DNA from: Octopus vulgaris
Lineage: Eukaryota
DNA length: 64,000 nucleotides
Reading direction: 5' to 3'
NCBI GenBank assembly: GCA_951406725.2
Contig: OX597826.1
Span: 41,850,001 to 41,914,000 of the forward strand
How positions within the stretch are numbered: the first letter of the stretch is position 1; the number at the start of each line of letters is the position of its first letter. The translations under genes were made by a program, and so were the position numbers. A model generated the notes under the pieces. It did not search any database, was not told where the DNA came from, and saw only the letters and a list, made by a program, of their open reading frames with translations. Below are positions 13,659 to 27,241 of this stretch, one piece after another.

Positions 13659-15229
13659 TATTATTATATTGAAGACTTAAGTTATTTGGAAATATTCATT
13701 CATTTTAAACAATGGTACAATGAGTCAATTGGTATCTCAGTTGATTGAACTACTGAAATATTTATAGTTGGAATGAATGTCCATTGATGGTTAAAACTAA
13801 AAGCTTTGCACTTCTCTCAGTATTCCTATTTAGCATTCTTATCCCGCTCACCACGGGATAATTGATCAGATAGTACGAAAGGTTTTGGTTATTTAAACTC
13901 AATTTCCGTAACAGCATCTCGCCACATTATGCTTGAAATGAAATATAATCTTACAGATTGCGGTAATTCAGGTTACACAAAATGTAGCTACCTAAGGGTA
14001 GCTAACAGCTAATTTTTCAAATTTCTTTTATTTATTTATGTATGATAACCATTAATATCTCGATGTGAACAAAGAGAAACATCAGAAGAAAGAATACACA
14101 GATGTACAAAATACAGCAACAAAAAAAACTAGCAGCAGCAGCAACAACAACAATGATGGCGACGACACTAAGAACAATTGTAGAGGTTGAATTTTTTCGC
14201 AACCAGCTAAATGTCAAAAAAGCAATGTTATGATTGGAAACTCCACACATGACATATACAACAACATTTATACCAGAGGAGGAGAAAGACGAAGGGAGGA
14301 GGAGGAGGCGATTTATGAAGTGGCAATTAAAGAACTGGAACCATGATCAAAAAGTCAAATGAGGCTGTCAACCAACCATGTTCGAATGCACTGAGAATGG
14401 CAGTGCAAAGGGTAAACTCCCGGAAACCTGGGGTTGCAAAACGGTTTCAATTCTCAGCACAAGCCATTTCAAGTTTGTCTTACTCGGGAAAGACACAGCA
14501 TTACTAACTCTCTCCAAAGCATTTGCCTTTATATTTAGTCAAGAGCATTTTAGGATCTTATGGCTGTTTCAAATTTCGGTAAATTCCATTCAACTTTTAT
14601 AACAAAATTCTTCAACGAAACGCAGCTGAACAGAATTTTCTTACGCAGAATTCTGCAGTTCCAAATCGTCTGCAAGAACCTCGGCATGAAAATAAATGCA
14701 TAAATTCTGAAGGCCTCCAAGAGAAATTTAAAATATCTCTAAGAGAATACATTATGTATTTGGTATCTGCAATCCTAAATGTTTTGGGATGAGGACACCT
14801 TCAAGGAAAAATGTAATTTTGGTACTCGGTTTGTAAATGATTTTTGTACACATACATAGACTCACACATAGACTCACACACATGCCTTAGACGATCGCAT
14901 TCACGAACAGTCTGCGAGGTTAAGGCATTTCACAAAACATTTCTGTGCTGATAAGCGAATAAATTTATTGTTATTCCAGATTTAGTTTATATAGAATTTT
15001 ATGAATAATTACGAGCATCTCAAAAATAGTTATTACATAATATTCAATGGCGGTGCCCCAGCATGGCCACAGCTCATTAGCTGAAACTGGAAAAATCAAA
15101 ATCAAAATCAAACAGTTTTCAGTGACACAGCTCTGGTTAACAGTCATTTGACACACTAGTCGTCAAAAGAACGACCGGCTGCAACTTACAGATCTACAGT
15201 TACTATTTTTACAATTTATTCGCTGAGCC

Positions 15230-15385
15230 AGTTTCGAGGGAGGGGGTAAGTAGTGCTAAACTGGTACTTATTTTATCGACACCGAAAGGATGGAAGGGAA
15301 AGTCGACCTCGGTGGAATTTGAACTCAAAACGTGAAAACGGACGAAATACCATAAGCATTTTGCCCGGCGTGCTAATGATTCTCC
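15230..15385 (-). mobile_element. Diverged SINE family 1 copy
   Basis: ctggtacttattttatcgac..aaggatg..gtcgacctcggtggaatttgaactc. Confidence 0.85.
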
Positions 15386-15865
15386 TTTATATGATAAAAT
15401 ATTGATGAAGATTGCAGTATAAGAAATAGGAAATAGAAGACAACATTATCAAATAATATTTCATTATTAATATCTCATAATATACATTTAAATTAATTAG
15501 CTTTGCTACTTGTTTGAGACACATGCATGGTTCCGGGTTCAAGCCCTTGAAGAAGTGTCTAATTCTCTGGCCTTGTGAGTGGATTTTGTAGACGGAAACG
15601 ACAAGAAGCCCGTCGTACGAGCGCGCACTCACACACACACATATACATCATCACTGAATTTAGACATACACACACACGCACACACACACACACACACATA
15701 CAAATATATATGCATGCATGCATGCATGCATATATATATTGTATGTGTGTGTGTGTGTGTGTATGTATGTGTATGTGTGTATGTGAATAATAAAATACGA
15801 ATGTGTTATCTGCTGTTACAATTGTTTAATAAAATCTGTGTCTGTTTTTCCTCCACACACACGCA

Positions 15866-15947
<82 letters not shown>

Positions 15948-16099
15948 GTGAGCGACAGGGAAAATAGATAGTTAGAAAGATATAGATCTACTGGTTATCA
16001 GTTCTTTTGTGTCACATCTGTATATGTATGGATATATATATATATCTATACATATGTATGTACGTGTGTGTGTGCGTGTGTGTGTGTGTGTGTGTATGT

Positions 16100-16166
<67 letters not shown>

Positions 16167-16407
16167 TATATATGTATGTATGTCTGCGCGCGGATGTATG
16201 TGTTCGCGCGCGTATGTGTCTGCAGACACAAACACGTCTTATCGACTGTTATGTGCAATTTTCTGGCACCATGAAATCAAAGACTACGACTGAAAGACAG
16301 GAAAAGGGAGAATGGAGAAGATATAGAGACATAAATACTTAGACAAATACATAGGGAATAGCTAAATGGGTAGCTACCTAAATAGGAAGATAGGAAGATA
16401 GAGATAT

Positions 16408-16467
<60 letters not shown>

Positions 16468-16900
16468 GCTGAGGGAATGACAGATATATAGATAACAGAC
16501 AAACAGATGAATAAATGAAGCAACAGAAATGAGTAGATGGAGAGAAAAAGATAAATAAAAAAAAAAGAGGAAAAGAAAAGGAAAAGGAAAGAATGACTCG
16601 TTAATGTTTTCAAATGGCAACAAATGGCATGTAGGGGACAATGTAGGTAGGGGACAGTGTGGGGGGACAGTCTCCTTTTTTAACTTCACCCACGCATTGA
16701 CCTTCTGAGTATGAGCTTATCACTTTACATGAAATAACAGCACGGAAATGGTAAACAGCCAAAACACGCGCGCACATGCCTCCACACGCGCGCCCATACA
16801 TATTGACACATATATACACACTGTTGCGCATACATCTACATACTCATACGTACATTCACACACGCACACACACACACATACATACATACACACATGCCTA

Positions 16901-16956
<56 letters not shown>

Positions 16957-16957
16957 A

Positions 16958-16998
<41 letters not shown>

Positions 16999-17002
<4 letters not shown>

Positions 17003-17201
17003 TAATTCAAAAAAGGAAGCACAAAAAAACACAACAACGCGAGGACGTGGAACAAATATAGTATTTTTGGACACTCAGGAAAGAAGGAAAGAAGGAGGGT
17101 TTAACGTTTCGAGCGGAGCTCTTCGTCGGAAACATAGGAGAAGGAAAGGTCCAGAGAAGGGAAGACAGAGGGGAAAAAATCGCCAACGGTACACACGAGG
17201 T

Positions 17202-17205
<4 letters not shown>
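16999..17205 (-). mobile_element. Short Penelope-like element in (TA)n with minimal hammerhead
   Basis: Bounded by (TA)n on both sides; related to 43109-43310; hammerhead fold at 17099-17133. Confidence 0.65.
17099..17133 (-). ncRNA. Minimal type I hammerhead ribozyme-like motif
   Basis: Reverse complement GTTT-CCGACGA-A-GAGC-TCC-GCTC-GAAA-CG-TT-AAAC; stems I and II perfect, palindromic ACGT stem III, core U4C variant. Confidence 0.65.
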
Positions 17206-17259
<54 letters not shown>

Positions 17260-17380
17260 TATACGCACATACATATCTAAATACGCATACACGCACACAG
17301 GCGCAAACGTCTACAATTCTAAAAAGGGGCAGGTGCTCGCTCGTGGATAACGCCTGCTGTCACCCCGAATTAGCTTTACC

Positions 17381-17604
17381 TATTTCTTTACTACCCACAA
17401 GGGGCTAAACACAGAGGGAACAAACAAGGACAGACAAACGGATTAAGGCGATTATATCGACCCCAATGCTGGTACTTATTTAACCGACCCCGAAAGGATG
17501 AAAGGCAAAGTCGAGATCAGCCGTATTTGAACTCAGAACGTAGCGGCAGACGAAATTCTGCTAAGCATTTCGCCCGGCGTGCTAACGCTTCTGCCAGCTC
17601 GCCG
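17381..17604 (-). mobile_element. SINE family 1 monomer with 18 bp TSD
   Basis: TSD ccccgaattagctttacc at 17363-17380 and 17605-17622. Confidence 0.95.
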
Positions 17605-18097
17605 CCCCGAATTAGCTTTACCTTCATCGGCAAACAACTATAGGAGATAGGGAAGTAAAAAGACATATGCTTACTATAAGAATGCAGAATACTGTCAGAC
17701 AGAAACTCTAATGTATTTCGGTTTGCTTAGTGTCTTTGGAGACTTACAATATCACAGTGTGAGTCTTTATAAGTCTCTCTCTCTATACTTAGATATAGCT
17801 AAGGACATGGGATGACAAAGGAATAAATAATTGTCTTATGAACTTCATTAGTTTGCAGCTGATTCTTCTGCAAGGTGCAGTGGATTTATAGCTGAGTGCT
17901 TGAGTAACACTTCATATTTGAGGCCCGATGACGTTATAAGATGTTTTTCAAGCTCCCAACTAAGAGTCGCACTGCATCTTATAGCAGAAAGAGCTCTAAG
18001 CTAATAAGATAACCATTTGTTCCTTTGTCATCGCATTTTTTTTTTACTACTGCTCTGTACTCTACTAACGTTTCGTTCTGAAGCATATATATATTCA

Positions 18098-18964
18098 TTT
18101 CCACTCTAGGCACGAGGCCCAAAATCTGGGAGGAGAGGTACAGTCGATAAGATCGACCTCAGTACGCAACTGGTACTTAATTTATCGACTCCGAAAGAAT
18201 GAAAGGCAAAGTCGACCTCGATGGAATTTGAACTCACGACGTAAAGGCAGCCGCCGAAATACCTATTTCTTTACTACCCACAAGGGGCTAAATACAGAGA
18301 GGACACACAAGGACAGACAAACGGATTAAGTCGATTAAGTCGACCCCAGTGCGCAACTGGTACTTATTTAATCGACCCCGAAAGGATGAAAGGCAAAGTC
18401 GACATCGGCGGAATTTGAACTCAGAACGTAGCGGCAGACGAAATACAGCTAAGCGTTTCGCCCGGCGTGCTAACGTTTCTGCCAGCTCACCGCCTTACAG
18501 ATGTATATTCTTTTCTACTCTAGGCACAACGCCCTAGATTCTTGGGAAGAGGGACAGTAGATTAGATCGACCGCAATACGCAACTGGTACTTAATTTATC
18601 GACCCCAGTGCGTAACTGGTACTTAATTTATCGATCCCGAAAGGATGAAAGTCGACCTCGGCGGAATTTGAACTCAGAACGTAAAGATAGACGAAATACC
18701 GCTAAGTATTTCGCCCGGCGTGCTAACGTTTCTTATTTCTTTATTGCCCACAAAGGGCTAAACATAGAGGGGACAAACAAGGACACACAAAGGGATTAAG
18801 TCGATTATATCGACCCCAGTGCGTAACTGGTACTTAATTTATCGACCCCCAAAGGATGAAAGGCAAAGTCGACCTCTGTGGAATTTGAACTCGGAACGTA
18901 ACGGCAGACGAAATACGGCTATGCATTTCGCCCGGCGTGCTAACGATTCTGCCAGCTCGCCGCT
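18098..18964 (-). mobile_element. SINE family 1 multimer cluster (about 5 core units)
   Basis: Repeated aactggtactta..tcgac..gaaaggcaaagtcgac..ggaatttgaactc; degenerate flanks tgaagcatatatatatt / tgaagcacatgcatatt. Confidence 0.9.
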
Positions 18965-19063
18965 TTGAAGCACATGCATATTAAGTTCTACACCAGGTAA
19001 TTAGCCTCGTAACGCCTAAGCGAAATATTAAAACATAAATATATCTATAAAGACGAATAGTAT

Positions 19064-19278
19064 TACTCTTTTACTCTTTTACTTGTTTCAGTCATTGGAC
19101 TGCGGCCATGCTGGAGCACCGCCTTTAGTCGAGCAAATCGACCCCGGGACCTATTCTTTGCAAGCCCAGTACTTATTCTATCGTAGTCTTTTGCCGAACC
19201 GCTAAGTGACGGGGACGTAAACACACCAGCATCGGTTGTCAAGCAATGCTAGGAAGACAAACACAGACACACAAACAT

Positions 19279-19325
<47 letters not shown>

Positions 19326-19476
19326 TACGACAGGCTTCTTTCAGTTTCCGTCTACCAAATCCACTCACAAGGCATTGGTCGGCCCGGGGCTATAGCAGAA
19401 GACACTTGCCCAAGATGCCACGCAGTGGGACTGAACCCGGAACCATGTGGTTCGTCAGCAAGCTACTTACCACACA
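19064..19476 (-). mobile_element. SINE family 2 (CORE-like) with internal microsatellite
   Basis: Reverse complement of 38041-38467; tail (aaagagt)n. Confidence 0.92.
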
Positions 19477-19990
19477 TTTACAAAAAAAAATATTTTTCGA
19501 TATTGTTTCATCCTAATATGTATCAACACGTCGTGTTCTGTCCTACGACATGAATCCTATGTATCTTTTAAACCTTTTACTGGTTTCAGTCATTGAACTG
19601 CACCCATGCTGGAGCACTGTTTTGAAGGGCTATTTTCTCGGTCAGGTACATGTCGCATCTGGTGGTATATGAGACGTACTTTACTTTTACAGAATCCGTC
19701 GCAAAAATTCAGCCTGGGTTCTTCTATATGCGATTTTGCTTTAAGTGTTACATGCTTTAATGCACCAGAAAAAATTTTTTCCTGTATATGCTCTGCTGAA
19801 TTTGGATGCGTTAAATATGCCCGTTTGTCTTCACATACGGTATTCTATCGGCCTGTTTTGCAGATCCGCTAGTTCACAGGGATGTAAACAAACCAGCATT
19901 AGGCGTAAAGTTGTGGGGACGGGCGAAGCAAATACAAATACAAGGACACATGCACATAAACATACAAACATATATATATATACACATACA

Positions 19991-20201
19991 AAGCTGGCAG
20001 AAGCGTTAGCACGCTGGGCGAAATGCGTAACTGTATTTCGTCTGTCGTTACGTTCTGAGTTCAAATTCCGCCGAGGTCGACTTTGCCTTTCATCCTTTCG
20101 AGGTCGATAAATTAAGTACCAGTTACGCACTGGGGTCGACGTAATCCATTTGTCTGTCCTTGTTTGTCCCCTCTGTGTTTAGCCTCTTGTGGGTAGTAAA
20201 G

Positions 20202-20205
<4 letters not shown>
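19991..20205 (+). mobile_element. SINE family 1 monomer ending in (TA)n, next to a family 2 remnant
   Basis: Head, core and gggtagtaaagaaata tail present. Confidence 0.9.
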
Positions 20206-20256
<51 letters not shown>

Positions 20257-20935
20257 TTTAGCATCATGGCGTTATGCTAAACAACTGCCCAACCAACAAT
20301 ATGAACATATCCCCCCATGGTCTGTGTTGTATACCAGAGAATCTGTAGTAAATATGGATGTTCCGATAACGGAAACAATTATCAAAAAGTTACATATTCG
20401 CAAATAAGCAAGACATTCCAAAAACGCAACTAAAGATACCACACTCAGGATTTTAGAGTTAGCATTGAAGACAGGAAATGTAAAGTCGCCAATTTGATGA
20501 AGCCCCTCTCTGCTTGACCTAAATCCATTGATCAACAATAGACGAGAGTTGCATCTTGGATATTGTAACAGTAATACAATACCCACATCTCAGGGCAAAA
20601 AGTATCAACACTTTCCTCCATTTTCTTCTGGTGAAAAGTTATTAATTCCAAATTATAGAAAATACTTAACCTTATATATCAAACAATAAATACTTCACTT
20701 TGACTATACAATGCTAATAAACATCCCTAATTTCATTCACCATCCATCCATCCTTCCATCCATCCACCCTTCCCTCCCTAATCAATCCAGCCATATGTAC
20801 ATACAACTCTCATTCTCTCTGTCTCTCTCATACACACACATGCACGTATATATGTATGTGTGTCTGTTATTGTGCATGTCCGTAAATGCGTTGTGTGTGG
20901 ATGCACACACACATACACACATACATACATACGAG

Positions 20936-21008
<73 letters not shown>

Positions 21009-21128
21009 ATAAATATATATATATATATATAATTTCAACAATTGAGGGTAAAATTAATTAATTATTAATTAATTTCACCAAGTGTTCAGTATGCAAAGGG
21101 ACCATTTAAGGCGAATTCAAATTATTAC

Positions 21129-21225
21129 AATATATAAAAGGGCTTAGTAAAATAAATTACTTTGCCGCATACTTCAGTTCAGTATGCGGCAAAGTAATTT
21201 ATTTTACTAAGCCCTTTTATATATT
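21129..21225. repeat. Perfect 45 bp inverted repeat with 7 nt loop
   Basis: aatatataaaagggcttagtaaaataaattactttgccgcatact-tcagttc-exact reverse complement. Confidence 0.95.
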
Positions 21226-21298
21226 ATATATATATATATATAATAGAAATATTAAAATTACTAAGTCTCTCTAAAGGAGATTACGGCAGCGTTACTGG

Positions 21299-21613
21299 AT
21301 ATTAATAGGTATCGCCATATCAATATGGCAGTCTAAATATAAGACTAAAGCTGTCGCTGATTAGCTCCAAGAGGCCATCGCCTCTAGCTAGCTATATGAC
21401 ACACGAACCTGCGTCCATTACAACCCTGAAACATGTCTGCAGATGTCTGACTAGCAAGGTGAAGCGGCTGACCTCCCCTGTTCGAAGGTTGTAATGGACG
21501 CAGGTTCGTGTGTCATATAGCTAGCTAGAGGCGGTGGCCTCTTGGAGCTAATCAGCGACAGCTTTAGTCTTATATTTAGACTGCCATATTAATATGGCGA
21601 TAACTATTAATAT
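21299..21613. repeat. Near-perfect inverted repeat, about 135 bp arms with 45 nt spacer
   Basis: 21299-21433 vs 21479-21613 with only a few mismatches; lies in (TA)n context. Confidence 0.95.
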
Positions 21614-21698
21614 ATATATATATATACATATATATATGCATATATATATATATAAACATACATACACACATACATACGTACATACATACATACACACC

Positions 21699-21753
<55 letters not shown>

Positions 21754-21754
21754 G

Positions 21755-21803
<49 letters not shown>

Positions 21804-21836
21804 GCAAACAATGTGAGAAAGATAAAAAGAGATGGG

Positions 21837-21907
<71 letters not shown>

Positions 21908-22836
21908 AAAAAGAAAGAAGGGGTTGAGAGAGGCAAAGAGAATTGGTGGAGACGTGGAGACAGACTACTAAACACGAATCAAGAGAGAGGGAGAAAGAGA
22001 GAGAGAGAGAGAGAGACAAAGAGAGCATCACAAAAAGAGAAAGAGAGAAAGCAAAAAAGAGAGGATGAAGAAGACAGTGAGAAAATGTAAGAGTAACGGT
22101 TGGAGGTGAAGGGCAATGGCTGCGCAGAATAAGTTAAAATGTTATTCTGATTGCATGCGTAGGTAGTTAATTCAGGCCAGGCCAGCTTGAATCAGTTGTA
22201 ACATGACAAATAGATATGACATTTAGTCTAATAACTGGAATTCAGCTTGCAATGAGACGAAAACAGTCTCTTTAGCGAATGCTGACGCTTCTCATTCATT
22301 GCCTCTTCTAAATTATTTGTTTGTATACATTGTTATACGTACGTACGTACGTATGTATGTATGTATGTATGTATGTATGTATGTATGTATGTATGTATGT
22401 ATCTATATGTGTATGCATGCGTGTATATATATATAATAGTGTAATAAATAAAATATATGCATACATACATACATACATATATGTACGTACCTACATCTAC
22501 ATGTATATATACATGCATATATAAATATATATACGTGTGTACAGGACACCACAAATAGACGTAGAACTCAACGAGAAACGAAAACGTAAAAACAAACGTG
22601 GAAACGGACCTAAACGAAAAAAACAGAGTACAAGACAAACTACACAAGGAAAAATCCCCTATCATCAGCTGTCCCTAGTTCATAACACATATATAGATCT
22701 ACACACAAGCATGCACACACACACACACACACACATATATACAAAGACGCCCCACACGCATATATATACATGGCTAGCTAGATAGATATAATCATATGTA
22801 TATTTTCAGATGTAGACAAACTGACACTGATATAAC

Positions 22837-22871
<35 letters not shown>

Positions 22872-23259
22872 TATACACCGATGTTCACACTCACACACAC
22901 ACATGCACACACACACACATGTATATACACCGATGTGCACCCTCATGTGTATGTATCAAATTAGCTTGCAAAGTTGAAATCCATGCAAGTACATGTATGC
23001 ACATATATGCAGTAAAAAAATGAAATATATTTAAGAGGATAGGAACTCTTGTATCGAAAATGTGGGGTAGTTGAGCTAATAAACAACTACCACAAGTGTT
23101 TCAGACCAAAAGGAGTACATAGGCGTGAGAGAGAGAGGGGGGAAAGAAAGAGAGAGGGAGATAGAGAGTGAGAAGAGAGAGAGAGATAGCGGCTAAGGAG
23201 AGTGAGGGTGCTAGATCCAAACCCATATCATTGCCAAAACGATATTTTTAACATAGCAA

Positions 23260-24066
23260 GGCGGTGAGCTGGCAGAAACGTTAGCACGCCGGGCGAAACG
23301 CGTAGCCGTATTTCGTCTGCCGTTACGTTCTGAGTTCCAGTTCCGTCGAGGTCGACTTTGCCTTTCATCCTTTCGGGGTCGATAAATTAAGTACCAGTTA
23401 CGCACTGGGTTCGATGTAATCGACTTAATACCTTTGTCTGTCCTTGTTTGTCCCCTCTGTGTTTAGCCCCTTGTGGGTAGTAAAGAAATAGGTATTTCGT
23501 CTGTCTTTGTGTTCTGAGTTCAAATTCCGCCGAGGTCGACTTTGCTTTTCATCCTTTCGAGGTCGATAAGTTAAGTACCAGTTGCGTACTGGGATCGATC
23601 TAATCGACTGGCCCCCTCCCCAATAATTTCGGGTGCTGTGCCTAGAGTAGAAAAGAATATTTTTAACACAGCAAGGCGACGAGCTGGCAGAATCGTTACG
23701 ATGGTGGGCGAAATGCTTAGCGGTATTTCGTCTGCCGTTACGTTGTGAGTTCAAATCCCACCGAGGTCGACTTTGCCTTTCATCCTTTCGGGGTTGATAA
23801 ATTAAGTACCAGTTACGCACTGGGGTCGATGTAATCGACTTAATACCTATGTCTGTCCTTCTTTGTCCTCTCTGTGTTTAACCCCTTGTGGGTAGTAAAG
23901 AAATAGGTATTTCGTCTGTCTTTACATTCTGAGTTCAAATTCCGCCGAGGTCGACTTTGCCTTTCATCCTTTCGAGGTCGATAAGTTAAGTACCAGTTGC
24001 GTACTGGGATCGATCTAATCGATTGGCCCCCTCCCCCAAAATCTATGCCTGGAATAGAAAAGAAAA
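23260..24066 (+). mobile_element. Two tandem SINE family 1 heterodimers
   Basis: Each is a full monomer with tail A plus a headless monomer with tail B; atatttttaaca(c/t)agca occurs before, between and after. Confidence 0.92.
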
Positions 24067-24454
24067 GGATATTTTTAACACAGCATGTTAGCACAAGTGT
24101 ATATATATGTGGGTATAAATATTTTTTCTTTAACATACACAAAAAAAAATCCACACAGACATACATACATGCTTACATACCTACCTACCTACCTACCTAC
24201 CTACCTACCTACCTACCTACCTACCTACCTACCTACCTACCTACCTGTCTACCTGACTACCTGTCTACCTGCCTAGCTACCTGCCTGCCTACCTGCCTAC
24301 TTACCAATATACATACATGCATACCTACACCTCTCACTACCTACCCATCAACCTACATACCTACCTACCTACATACATACATACATACATACGTACATAC
24401 ATACATACATACATACATACATACATACATACATACATACATACGCAGACAGAT

Positions 24455-24935
24455 TGTGCAACTTCGGCCAACTCATTATGGTAATCAAGGCCAGATAATT
24501 CTGGAGAAGGATAACAAAAAGAAAACATCTACACACGAGTTAAAAGAATATCGGTGGAGCTTAAAAATTAAAGCAACCACCAAGTTAAAACACAACCGGC
24601 CAGATATTGTCATGTGGACACCCCCACCAAAAAAAAAATTTATACTCTGTTGTGGAAATCAGCTGCCCTCAGGACACCAGTGAAGTCAGAAAAATTCATG
24701 AGAGAGAGGACATCTATGGACCATCGATAAAGAGTTGGCAAATCTAGTATCCAAGATACATTTTCAATTTCATGCTTATCATTATTAGAACAACACACCA
24801 ACCCGCCTGGAGAAAAATATGGATGAACTTGCGTTCTTGGAGAGAGAACCAAATTCATAATTCATACACTACAAACAATCACGATATCTGGGACTATAAA
24901 AGTCAGCAAGATTTTCATAAATTTAAAGGACGGTG
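24455..24935 (+). mobile_element. Decayed RLE LINE 3' fragment (R4/Dong-like)
   Basis: KLKHNRPDIVMW, VVEISCPQD, EREDIYGP endonuclease motifs. Confidence 0.75.
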
Positions 24936-24999
24936 AATAAAGCAAGATACTTTGCATCAGGTAATCAGTCAAAAATTAACCCTAAGTTGGTTTCAAATT

Positions 25000-25200
25000 T
25001 TGGCACAAAGCCAGCAATTTTGTGGGAGCGGATTTTGTCGATTACACCGACGCCAGTGCTCGATTGGTGCTTATTTTATCGACCCCAAAAAAGATGAAGG
25101 GCTAAGTCAACCTCGATGGAGTTTCAACTCAACGTAAACACGGACAAAATGCCCCTAAGCATTTTGCCAGGACTGCTAACGATTCTGCCAGCGTGTCGCC
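25000..25200 (-). mobile_element. Old SINE family 1 copy
   Basis: Diverged core ttttatcgaccccaaaaaagatgaagggctaagtcaacctcg. Confidence 0.75.
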
Positions 25201-25639
25201 TTTAAGAATATCAACTCTAAATTAAAATGGAGAAAGAGAACACACATCCATCCATCTATCCATCCATCCATCCATCCATCCATCCATCTATCCATCCATC
25301 CATCCATCCATCCATCCATCTATCCATCCATCCATCCATCCATGATGGCTGCAGAATCATGTTCGAGTTTTGCCATTACCTGATCGAAAGTCCCAAACAT
25401 GCGAATGCTACGACCAGCCATTTCTGTGGTAGGTCTTACCTTTTTTGTTTTTTCATGCGATACCTGTGCAAGATGATTTTTATTTTTTTATAGTTGGGAA
25501 AGAATTTGCACAAATCCAGTCCACTCTCTGAACATGGACAACATAAACTCGAAAAGAAGAACTAGTCTACATCATCGAATATTGTCAGTGTCGCAGGTTT
25601 TCTCTCAGAGTTTCCTTCTCCTAGAGAGATGTTCTGACT

Positions 25640-25893
25640 ACAATAGAAGAGCCTCCCACTCCCAGTAGACCAACCGCGCGCCTTCGCACTAACCCAGTAT
25701 TTCCACGTCCCTGCGCATACATACATGCATAAATGCACATGTACACGTATTGTTGGATGGCTGTTGATTGCTCATGAGCTCTTCCACTCTTTGGCAGGCC
25801 TTATTTTTTCGTCCTGCAGAGTCTCCAACAATCGCCCTCCTCACCAAGCAAGCTTGATGGGGTTGCCCGTTTAGTCGCCGACGACCCGACCAT
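25640..25893 (-). repeat. RTE-5'UTR-like repeat, related to 35841-36095
   Basis: Shared gggtcgtcggcgac(t/c)aa..ggcaacccca..aagcttg..tggtgaggaggg. Confidence 0.55.
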
Positions 25894-25899
25894 ACATAA

Positions 25900-25930
<31 letters not shown>

Positions 25931-26167
25931 CATACATATATTGAGCTGGTAGATATGGTAGAACTTGTTGATATCAGCATTAGATGTGGAGTGATATCAG
26001 GAAAGAAATATTTATAGCCACAGAGGCAGCCGCCCTCATACGTGAACATCTCTTCCAGCGTCAACGAGAACAAATATATTTCGAAAACTGCAGCCCCTCT
26101 ACTAGGATCATAATTTCTCATTCATATCTATACTTATTGGTAAGCTTGTTTCAGTTAGTAAAAGTCT

Positions 26168-26616
26168 GATCGTTTCGGTTTGAACGGATCTATTTCGGTT
26201 TTAACATAATTTCTAGGTAACTAAAACATTTTAAACTTCGTATACTGGTAGACTGTGTTTATAAAACATCTTTTTCTCTAAGCTATATTGAGAAAATTGT
26301 ATAGTTTGTAAGATATTTGTTGTTGTTTTTTTCTTCAATTTCTGCAATTTCAACCAATCAATGACGTCCATTGAGGTAAACAACATTCTGTGCCGTATGA
26401 ATATGTCCCTCGTTTAAGAAGCAGATTGGATTTATTTACATTTGTGAAGAAAAAAGATACCTTCCCCCCACCCCTAACCCTAACCTTAACTAACTCTAAC
26501 TAACCCTAAACCTAAAATAGATTGAAATGCAATAGATCGATACTAGGGTCATAATTACGGGTGACAATTTCATATGACACCGCTAGAAAAAACTGTCGTT
26601 CAAACCGAAAAGATCC
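26168..26616. mobile_element. Non-autonomous Mutator-like element with 9 bp TSD and internal telomere-like repeats
   Basis: TIR gatc(g/t)tttcggtttgaacg / cgttcaaaccgaaaagatcc; TSD taaaagtct at 26159-26167 and 26617-26625; ccctaaccctaaccttaac near 26472-26515. Confidence 0.8.
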
Positions 26617-26753
26617 TAAAAGTCTAAGCCACAATCTAATAAAACTGAAATTTTTGAAGATTTTCTTTGTTAGAAACCAAGTCCATAATTCTAGGAAATA
26701 TTGTAATAAAAAATAATTGTAATACACACATTTGCTTACGTACACACACACAT

Positions 26754-26846
<93 letters not shown>

Positions 26847-26924
26847 GAGAGAGAGAGAGAGACAGAGAGAGAGAGAGAGACAGAGAGAGAAAAAGACATG
26901 TACACATACAGACAGACAGCTTGT

Positions 26925-26997
<73 letters not shown>

Positions 26998-27194
26998 GGA
27001 AATACGGATATACGGAATATACAAGATAGGCGGAAATGTTTTTTACTCATAGGCCTGGACTATTCTGGTCGACCGACGGATATGCACCGAAGTCCAACTC
27101 GTCAGCACCCTGATCACCATCATCATCATCGTCATCGTCAGCAGCAACACCACCCGACAACCACAAAAGCGAGTCCAACCATATGTTGTGACTC

Positions 27195-27241
<47 letters not shown>

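Noticed and set aside
14380-14720. Possible hAT transposase C-terminal relic on the minus strand
   Set aside because: Similarity too weak to call without a search
20250-20640. SPSLLDLNPL resembling a Tc1/mariner SPDLNP motif
   Set aside because: Isolated motif with no other transposase features or TIRs
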